Below, piece after piece: positions 50,202 through 61,177 of a stretch of DNA of 64,000 bases. Position 1 is the stretch's first letter; each line of letters opens with the position of its first letter. The DNA is from Octopus bimaculoides (lineage: Eukaryota), in NCBI RefSeq assembly GCF_001194135.2, contig NC_069002.1, positions 37,309,394-37,373,393 of the forward strand, read 5' to 3'. The notes under the pieces were generated by a model. It did no database searches. It was not told where the DNA came from and saw only the letters and a list, made by a program, of their open reading frames with translations. The position numbers were made by a program, and so were the translations under genes.

Positions 50202-53200
50202 TGGGTGTGAGGAACACGTAGCTTTCAGGAGAGAGGGGGTAGGTGGCTTTTCTGCTGTCCCTCACAAAGAAACACTCACACACAGACACACATATATATA
50301 CATACACATGTCTACTGTACACTATTTTAAACTTGTGATTACCTGTATGTACATTTGTAAATTTGTGTGTGTGTGTGTCACATCCTGTAACTGTCTGTCT
50401 CTCTACTTTTGTGGCTTAATTACACCTGACTCATACTAAAATTTATATATTGACATAGGATTGGGGATAGGAATGAGAGCAGAACTAAAACAGGAACTGA
50501 ACAGGGAATGGAATAAGACATGAAACAGTGCAATGGAAATGGGAACTGGAAATGACCCCTGCTTTTCCAGGTATTACCAGGTAATTCAGTTAGTTACATA
50601 TATTGTTTAAATGCACATTGTGTATCCTTCACTGATGTATATCAGCAAAGGATGTAAACATTAGCAAGAAAGCCCAAAAGAGAAAGAGAAATGCTTTCTG
50701 AATGAAGTCACTTGTGATATTTGTCTCACATGTAATACAGCCCTTCTCTTGTTATTTATCATCATCATCATCGTTTAATGTCCGTCTTCCATGCTGGCAC
50801 AGGTGGGACAGCATGACAGGAACCAGCCAGTCAAGCAGAAGACTACATCAGGCTTCTGTGACTGTTTTGACATGGTTTTTACAGCTAGATGCCCTTCTTA
50901 ACACCAACCACCCGACAGAGTGGACTGAGTGCTTTTTATGTGGCATGAGCACCGGCAAGGTCAGTTTTGGCCTGGTTTTTACAGCTGGAAGGGCCTTCCA
51001 AATGCCACCCACTTCACAGAAATACAAATGAACTAGTGGTTGGCACACTGAAAACCTATAATCAATGGCATTACTGTTCATCGATTGGGATATAAAAGTA
51101 TTTAAAATTAAGTAACATATCGATAAAAGAATGAATCCAATGATGGGACGAATCAAAAATGGAAGGAAGGAAGAAAGAGGATAATTAAGAAGGGAACGAA
51201 CACTTGAAGGAATCAATAGACACGAATAAATAAATGAAACAAAGAAAAGTACAAAAGAACAGAGGAATAAAAATTGAAATGTGGAACTTACGAGACATCC
51301 ATAGTGGTGAGCTGAGATAGCAGCAAACTGTTTGACTCTGTGATAGTAATTTTACTGGTAGCAGCAGCTAAATGAGACTCAAATTCAAGTATCTCATGTT
51401 TCTCTTTTTCATAGAGCTGTAACAACATTATAACACATGTTAGAATACACTTATGTAATTGGCAGTGAGTCCCCTATCTCTCTCTCTCTCTATTTCTGTT
51501 CACTAATCCTTCAAAAAAAGATAACTTGGATCTTATTAGATTTATCTTCCTTGGTTACTGTATTAGTATTGCTAACATAATTACTGCGAATATACACATG
51601 AAAAATTTGTTTTAATTTTATTTTAATTTAGCAAGGATCATCCGATGCTGGGCTACACTGAGGAAATGACAAGAGACTGGAAGATGTGACGATTTGCTGT
51701 ATTTGATAAGACACATCAAGCTAAGTAAAATGACTGTCTTCCAAACATACAGGCTTATCCTTTGCAGGTACCAGTGCCACTGCAGTGTAAATGCACCTGT
51801 GATGAAGACATGTAAAAAGCACCCAGCGCATTATTAAGTGGTTGGCGTTAGGAAGGGCATCCAGCTATAAAAACTATTCCACAGCAGACTGTTGGAGTCC
51901 AGATAGCTCCCTGCTAGCCAGCTGTTAGTTTAATATCACCAACTAGTTTTCAGTCGCTTTTAGAATTTAGGTGTCCATGCTGTTGTAAATACACGATCCT
52001 GGTTTCCAACTTGTGGATAACTACCTAGCTTCCTCTCACCAAAAAACCCCCAACAATGATGGAGTTTTTTGATGATAAATCAAAGATTAAACAAACCTGC
52101 TTTTCATGGTTTTTGATCTCTTCAATATGTTTCTCTTCAGTGGCTGTTGTTGGAGGTGGAAATTTGTAATTGCTGGAAATGAGTTAACAAAAGGGGAAAT
52201 ATTCAAGACAATATTTAACTGTACAAATTGTAATTATTCAATGGCACTGAATAGATATACATGGAGACAGTATCTGGTCCTTAAGTTCCTCTTCACTGCT
52301 ATAAAGAACCAAATTGCTCTCAACAGTGGCAAAAAAAAAAAAAAACCCACTGGAGAAACCAGCCAAAGATTTCATTACCTTCATGCGTTCAGGATAGCAG
52401 ATCTGTTTGAAGAAGAAACTTTCTGAGTGATGAAAAACAGAAAGGCTATTGGGAGATGGCTGCAGATTTACCAGGGTGCCAAGGGCTTTTTCCCATTCCA
52501 GTTACAAAGACACTGGATATTATCATATGGTGTGAAAGAAAGTAGTAAATCTAGTTGAGTTAATGATTCCTCTTGAAGGTAACATGGACACCACACAGAC
52601 TTGAAAGTTCAACCGTTATAAAAACCTCCTTACTAATTTTATTATAAAATCGAGAAATAGATGAGCTATATCTATGAATAGTAAGAGCTAGCAAGAAGAG
52701 GTATGAGAATATATCAACTATATAGTAAGAGAATCTGATCATATGAATAGTAAAGCCATGGTTAATATAAAAAATTTTTAAATGCAAAAATAACCAATGC
52801 ATCCACTGTAAAGCAGAAGGAGCCACCTGTCCTTGTTAGGGCAAAGTTAGTTTGTTACTCAAAATTCATGCAAAATAAAAATAAAGCCTGCAATTCAGCT
52901 ACTGTTCTTGTCAACTTGCCTGAAAATAAAAAATCTGAAACCTGCTACTGTGAAAATCCAAGCATACTATCAGAACGCAAAAACCTTGTCAATTTACTTT
53001 AAGAAATAATAATCTAAATTCTGCAAATCTTAATACTGAATTAAAGTTTAAAAGCAAACAAAAAAACTTATTAAAACAGAAGTTCTTACAACTTTGGTCA
53101 TCGTAACGCTTTGTTTTCATTTGTTTAATAAAAATTCCTCCTTGGATAATGATTTTGCTTTCATTTGGTGATAGACGACTATCATGCAGAAAATGCCAGC

Positions 53201-53379
53201 TTCTAAATCCTGTTTTCTGATTAGGTGAAAATCATTAAACTTTAAACCTCAGTAATATTTTTCTGCAATAAGTATGTATGTATGTATNNNNNNNNNNTTA
53301 TGTGCCACCCGCACAAGCCAGTCCAGGGGCACTGGCAACGATCTCGCTCGAAAATCCTACAGGAGCCAATATATGTATG

Positions 53380-53413
<34 letters not shown>

Positions 53414-56400
53414 TGTGTGTGTGTGTATTTATGATGGAGAGCAGAAAAGAGTTCATTTGTCATCAATTATCAACTTGCTTCCTCGCTACATATTCGTCAC
53501 ACCTTTGTTTCCCTTCATGAACACACACACACAAACACACTCTCACCACAACTGAAAAAACGTTTTAAGGCCAAATTGCCTCTTAACAGATTAGTCTTGT
53601 GAGCCCCATCTTCTGCTTCCTTTGTTTGAGATGGTGTTTAAGGTCCAGATGCCCTTCTTGTTATCAACTTTTACCTCTTAAAACATGCAGATACACAGTG
53701 TATCTCTTCTAAAACTGGGCTGCACACACATCGCATTCGCTGTTGTTGCTTTCCCTATTTGTGTAGATAAGAAAAACAAAAAGAAAAGGAAGAACAACTT
53801 ACTTGGTCATTGCCATTTCCATTAAACATTTCAAAATAGGGTAATTCTCCCAGGCAGTTTGTCCTAAACAGAAAACAAAATTAAAGATAATACACAACAA
53901 TTTCAGCAGATCACTGACAGAAATCCCAGAAAATCCATGAGGTCAACTGCAAAAGATCTCCATGAATCAGAAAGAATGATCGGAAATGTTGTCCATGAAG
54001 ACATCCAGTACAAGTTTTAGATGATGGAGAGTGGTCAATCCATGTCAAAAAAAAAAACAAAGGAAAATCATTTGCTCAGATCTAAAAGGTTATCAAAAAT
54101 GACCAACAATCTTTCACTACTATAAACAGAAGGGATGCCATTTCAGCTAAATCTATATTAAATTGGAGTTTATCATGAACTTACAGACTAAACTGCTCAC
54201 CATACTGCTTCTTTGGAGGTTTTCTATTTCCCAAGTTGACACCCATAGTTCTCTGAGACAAAACTACAGACTAATGAAACAAATGACTCACCAAAAGTAC
54301 TGGGATTGAATGCCACAATGATAAGCAACATATTCCAAGCTTTCCAGTAAAGTGCAGATATGGCCAGAGTTGGTGGAGTATATCTGTTGAAAAAGAGTGA
54401 ATTAAGGTACAAGAAAGGAATATAGAAAATTATAAAATATAGATCTTGGAAATCAACAAATTGAATTTAACAATTTTATCAGTCTTTATTATAGTGTTAT
54501 ATTTCTTCTTGAATTTCTTGGTAGCCTGACATACATACACATGTATAATGCTATAAACAGTTATGCAGAATATATGCAAATAGCATTAAGAAACTGATAG
54601 AGGAAAAATACAGTATTAGTCAAGATTAATAACTTGATTTATTCAGACAAGTGTCAGAGGTGGACATATTTTATGACTTATGATCTCATCAGTGACACAG
54701 ATGTTTTCATATTTGCTAAAGTAGTGATACGAGAATCATTAAGTAAACATACAAAATTATATTAAAGATATTTTACAAACATAACTAAACAGATTTGTTC
54801 CTGTTATTCTCTTAAGCTTACTTGTAGAGCTTGATGCAGTCCTCTGGTTTGCCAGCTCCTATCAAATTGTCCAATCCATGTTAGCATGAAAAATGGACAT
54901 TAAATGATGATGCTGGTGAAAATTTATATAAATTTTTACTTTCCATTTAGCACTATCAACACCTGGTACCTTACTAGGAACACGTTTTGAATGCAATAGT
55001 GGTTTCTTATCACTTTCCTTCGTGCTTTTTCGTTTACAAAACATCATTTTTTTGGCTAGATACGGACCAGTTCACGACACCATCTTATATATTCTAAATA
55101 TAAATGCCAGAACAAATACTACAAAGTATTTTGTTAAACTTGCTAACAATTACATCCCAGCCTCCCGTCTCAATGTTATCCAAGGGAAAGGCAAAAGGGG
55201 CCGATACAGCTTGGCACTAGTGACACTGCAACTCATTTCTACAGCCGAGTGAACTGGAGCAACATGAAATAAAGTGTCTTGCTCAAGAATTGACCTCACT
55301 ACCTCATGATTGTGAGCCCAACACTCTAACCACTGAGCGATTCATTTAACATTATCATTTTTTGTCTGCTTTTTCTCTTCTGTTAAAGGTTGGATGAGAG
55401 CCAGTGAGGCAGCAAGATGCCAGTCTTCTAACTAACTTGTACCTGCTTTTCATGTAAGGTATTTTCATTCCACAGGCCTTCATACACAAAGAAACATTTT
55501 TTATGTTTTCCGTGAAGTTTTCACTGGTCCAGCTAGTGAATGATTAAAAGAAGAAACATAAATAGACATAACCAGTTAACAAGTAATAAATAAATCCAAG
55601 TCTCACCCTTTTGGTAAAACAATGTTCTCAGGATGTCGATAGGCACAAAGATTCATTAGAGCATCAACAAATTCTAGACGAGTGACTCGAAGAACTTCAA
55701 CACCTGAAAAGTGAAAAACAAATGTTGAAAGAACAATAAGGTATAACAAAATAAGTAATGACACCATGAAAACAAAAGTGGATATAGTGTTCTTTAGCTC
55801 CATGTCTTCTCTGACTGAGCAGACAAATCAGTTTTGATCAAAGGCACTCTAGCGATGACAATTCCAAATTTTTGTACATCTACAAATACATTTTCCATGT
55901 CATTATTTCTTCCTTTTGAAAGACTGTAAGGTTAACTTATATTTTTTTTTTTGGGGGGAGAAGGGTTAAATTTAGCTATTTATACTGGATAGGGAGGTAA
56001 CAATGTAGTGTAACTAGGATTGCACAATACAATGTCTCCTTTTAAGACAGCAGAATGTGATTTGGCTGCTATTTCTAGCAAGTGGAGTACCGACATAATG
56101 CATCTGAAACTGCATCCAAAATGCATCCTCCTTTATGGTGTTGCTGTTTCACCCCAGGAAAGCACTAATCTAAAAAAGACCTGTACATTCACACACACAG
56201 ACACATACACATATACCCACATAGCTAGAATGAGAACTGGTTGGAGAAAGTCCAGGGAGCTACTATCACTGCTGGCAACAAAGAACGAAGGGTAGATTAT
56301 ATGATGCTTATATTAGACCTGCAATGCTGCATGGAAGTGAGAGATGGGCCTTAAATGTAGAGGACTTGAAAAGTAAGAAAGAAAATGAAGTCAGCATGCT

Positions 56401-59400
56401 CTGATGGATGTGCATTGTGAGCATGCATGAAATAATTAGGACAAAAGCTGGATATAAAAGGAATCAGAAGTTGTGTTCAAGAAAAAAGACTGTGCTGTAT
56501 AGAGACATGATGTGTATGGGTGAAAACAACTGTATAGAGAAGTGCCAATCACTAAATGTGGCTCGAACTTGCAGCAGAAGAAGACCCCAGGAAGACATGA
56601 AATGAAGTGGTTAAGGCCAACCTCAGAACTCTGAACTACAGGGAGGAAATGACAAAAGGCCAGATCGCTGGCAATACAAGGTTCTCAAAAAGACCAGGCT
56701 TCGTCAGCAAGACTGGAAGTGCTATGTATTGTGTGCTTCACACACACGTTACAGTGACTCATTCCCTCCTCCCATGCATTAGGCCTACCTCTTCTCCCAC
56801 CCAGGCTCCTACAGAATACCCAGCCATATCATCCTTCTCTCCTGTCCTTCATCCCTGACAACTGTATCAACCCCACTACTCCAGCTGCTTGCCCTGCACC
56901 CACCCACTCTCTTTTCTATCCCCTTGTCTCCCCAACTTGTGCCTCTGCTCATCTACCCTTCAACACAACCTACTTTGGCAGTTTTCCTCTTCATCCTTTC
57001 ATTCTTTGTCACATCCTATCTGGCAAACTGATTCTTCAACCTACTTAGTGTCTTGTGAGGCCACCTCAGAATCTCTCCCAGCTCTTATTCCTCATTTTCT
57101 CTTTCTTTCTCCTTCCCCTATTAGATGTGAGTAGCCATGCAGATCCTCTACAAGAACCTACACTGCCCCCCCCCTCCCCGCAGGGTTTATAGTTATGTCT
57201 GCTGCATGGCAAGCTCCATAGTGCAGTGACAAGAATAAAGCACCCAATCCACACTGTAAAGTGACTGCAAGGACTGCATCAAATCCTGTCGAACTGCCAA
57301 ACTATGCCAGCATGGAGCAGGGATGATGATGATGATGATGATGATACATACAAACATACACACTCACATGCATCTATACATATGTTTGTGAGTCTTTACT
57401 TCTGTGTGTCTCCACACTGACACCATTTGATTGACAGCATCTTCTCAAAACAATATTCTCTGCAGCTCAGTGATTTCAACTTGTGAAGAATAAAAAAAAT
57501 ATCTTGCTTGAAAAACAGTGAGGTGACAGGAAGGTTCTGCTGCTGACTACTGAGACAATAGATTTCTTCCCATCCGGACCAGCAGAGGAAAAGCAGACAT
57601 AAAAGGGATGAGAAACAAAGCAATATATGTAGAGAGACAAAAAGTGAGTCACTGTAATTGACAGCTTCGACATGGGTTCAAGTTGAGATAAAAAGAGATA
57701 ATGCAGTGAGCCCCTACATGCAAGGATCTGACCACAAGACCAACAAACAACCATTGCCAAATACTGGTCATATGACTTAAGTAAAAGAAAAGATTAAAAA
57801 ATTGTGTGTCAATTGAAATGTGAAAACAGAATTTTATGTTTCCTACCTTCCAGTCGAATCATAGCAGCTCTTTTGATCAATTGGTCAGCTAATTCAACAG
57901 CATCTGCAGAGCTGAGAGAAAGTTCTCGAGACAAACCTATGACGAGGACACGCATTAGTGTATCTTCAAGAACAGGGACTTCAGAAGCAATGCGGAGCAT
58001 TAAGCTGTGGAAAGAGAGAGAGAGAGAGATAATTGTTAAGATAGGAATAATTGAGTACAAAGAAGATGCATAAATGGATGTCTAGTGTTTGAACAAATTG
58101 TTTCCAAGTGTGAAAGTGAAGAGGCACACATGAGTGAACTAGAGACAGAGAGACAGAGAGATGGTGAGTGTGTGTGTGTGTGTGTGTGGACTACACACAC
58201 ATATGTCTACCTAAATCTGACTTTCTATGCTCACAGCATAAGAGATGTTTTGATTATTACCCATAAAAGTATGGTAGATATTAAAACAATGATAGTGGTG
58301 GTGGTGGTGATGAGGTTAATGACTAAAATAAATCAATTGCAAAATCACAGTTAACACACCAAGCTTTAGAGAGATTTTATCTGGCAAAAAGGATCCTCAT
58401 TCACCTCTACTGAAGCTCCCCAATCAGATGCACTTTTCCATGCTTCCAGCAGAAAATTAAACACCACACACACAATTGAAATGCTTAATAACAAGAAAGA
58501 GGGAAAAAAAAGACAAAAAACAATCCAATGAAAAATATATCACAAATTTTTTTAAGACCAGTGGACGAAAATCTTACTAGAAAAAAAAAAAAACAATGGC
58601 TGACAACAGGAAGAGCATCTTGTCATAGAATACTGCCTCAATCAGTCTTGTCCACTCCATACTAGCACAGAAAAAGTATATGAAATGATAATGAAGATGA
58701 AAGAAGAGTTCATATTGTGTGTGTGTGTGTGTGTGTGTGTGTGAGAGTGAAAGAAGTAGTTTACAGTGATGCCTGCTTTTACAGAACTATTACTTCATCG
58801 CATGTGTGTTGTTGACACAGTGCTTAACCGGAAAAAGACTTTGCTATAAAAGAAGCATACTCTTACCAAAAATAGGGTTAGGTCGGAAAAATGGGTCAAT
58901 CGATTGTTGCAAATACTACTTACGCACGGTCAGACTCCAGGGGCCAGTTGTCTTTGTTGTGGTAATGCTCAGTACTTTCCATAAACAAGACTTTATGTAA
59001 ACTGAAATCAAATGAGATCTTCATAATAATAGGAAAACAAGACTAAAGAGCCGCAACATGGCCATGTTGGAATGTTAGCGATTCATTACCAAATACATGG
59101 CATCCCAAAAATCTTATTCATGCACTGCACAAGGAGACAGGGAACCACTTTAATATTTCAAAGCCAATTTTAAAATATATTACGGTATTCCTTTTCTATA
59201 TACTCTTAGCTAAAAACTTCTTGGTTGTACCCTGACATGGCACAAAACCAAACTGCATCTTATCTGATTCTCTTCCTAATCAATTCTGCAAATACATTTT
59301 CTGTTACTTTTACAATCAAATCAATCAGTTTGATATGTCTGTAGTTGGTTCTTTATAAAACATCCTTAACTGCTGTAGTAGTTGACTGTTGATGGCTATA

Positions 59401-60270
59401 ACCAATCAGTTGGTATGATACCTATGTATCATACTTGATAGATTATGTGAGAGATTAGCTTGAGTCTTAATTGCCACATATCTTCAGCATCTCAATGGAA
59501 TTGTAACTTTCTCCCATCTTCATGTCCTTCATGGCCACTCTGACCATATAACTGTCCACTTCAACAGCTGGTTCCCTCTATAAGTAGTTCTTCTTCTTCT
59601 CACAACATTTTCAAGCCTAAGATGACCAAAGTGGAATTTGATTTCAGAAGGCAAAGCATCAGAACAAAAAACACAAACCATTTGTTTGATGTTCTAACAA
59701 CAAGAACAACAATAATAATAGTTTTTTGATTTAGGCACAAGACCAGCAGGTCTTAAAGTGCTGGAACAGGTCGTATAAGGCCTTTCCACTGATTCTGCCA
59801 TTCCACCACCCACCAATTCAATAATACCAACCCACTCCCATCCTAATCATAATAATGCTTTCTACTATGGACACAAGGCTTAAAATTTTTTTTTTTGGGG
59901 GGGGGGGGGCTACTCGATTACATTGACCCTAGTGTGTCACTAGTACTTATTTTATCGACCCTGAAAGAATGAAAAGCAGAGTCAACCTCAGTAGAATTTG
60001 AACTCAGACAAAATGCCACTAAGCATTCTGCTAGTCATGCTAACAATTCTGCCATCTAACCACCCTAGTTACAACAACAAAAGATAAAATTATGCAAGAG
60101 TTCTGAATTCAAGGATAAAAAAGCAGTCATTACCAGTGAACATATTCATGTGGTTTCATTTCAACTATACTTGGTACAACAGTGTGAAGCCACCACACAC
60201 TGTCTCGTTGAATAAGTGTTACCTGCTGCTGATATTGGTGAAGAATTTCCAAATCTGAAAATTATAAATG

Positions 60271-60301
<31 letters not shown>

Positions 60302-61140
60302 CAAAGACATCATCATCATCATCATCATCATTCTTATATCCACTTTCTGCCACATTCAGTAATTTGGTGTAGATGAATGGCTTGTAACTGGATGAGTTTA
60401 GCGAAGAATTAAGCATAGATGTAGTTCAAGGCTCAGTCCACAGTTCCCCCCTATTTATTATAGACCTACAGGCCATCATAGAAGAATTCAAGACTAGATG
60501 CCCTTGGGAACACGTATATGCTGATGACCTAGCTCTCATAGCTGAATCTATAAGAAAATTAGAGAGGAAATTCTGAGCATGGAAGCCTTAGCAAAGGTTC
60601 TAGTCAGTAAGAAAGAAGATAGGAGTCTGATATCTTCAGGGAAATAGCCTTGCTCACTATGAAGTAATGAAATAGGTATAAATTCCATAAACTGTACCCA
60701 ATGTAAACGATAGACATGCAAGAAATGTAGTGGAATCAAAGGTAGACTAGCAGAGAACTTAAGCTTTGCATATTAAAGATGCACTAGAGTAGTATGTATT
60801 AAGAACATACCAGAAATAGATGATTTTGAATTCTAGGATGACTCACTAGAAATATGCTGTGTCTAGGGAGAGTCATACTGTCTTAATAATGCCTTATTAT
60901 CTAACACACTCACTGATTTGATTTCCACTCATTTATTATTTATATTTTTGCTTTCAAAGCTGTTGTTGCTTTTGCAACCTTGTCAATCATCCTATTTTTC
61001 AGTGTAATAACTTTACTAACCTTTACGATCACCACGGGCCAAATTGCCAAAAGCTTCTCTCACTGAAGGTGTGATTCCGACCAAGATGGTCAAAGTGATA
61101 AGATCAGTTATTGCCAAAACATACCGCTCCTAAGAAAAAA

Positions 61141-61177
<37 letters not shown>
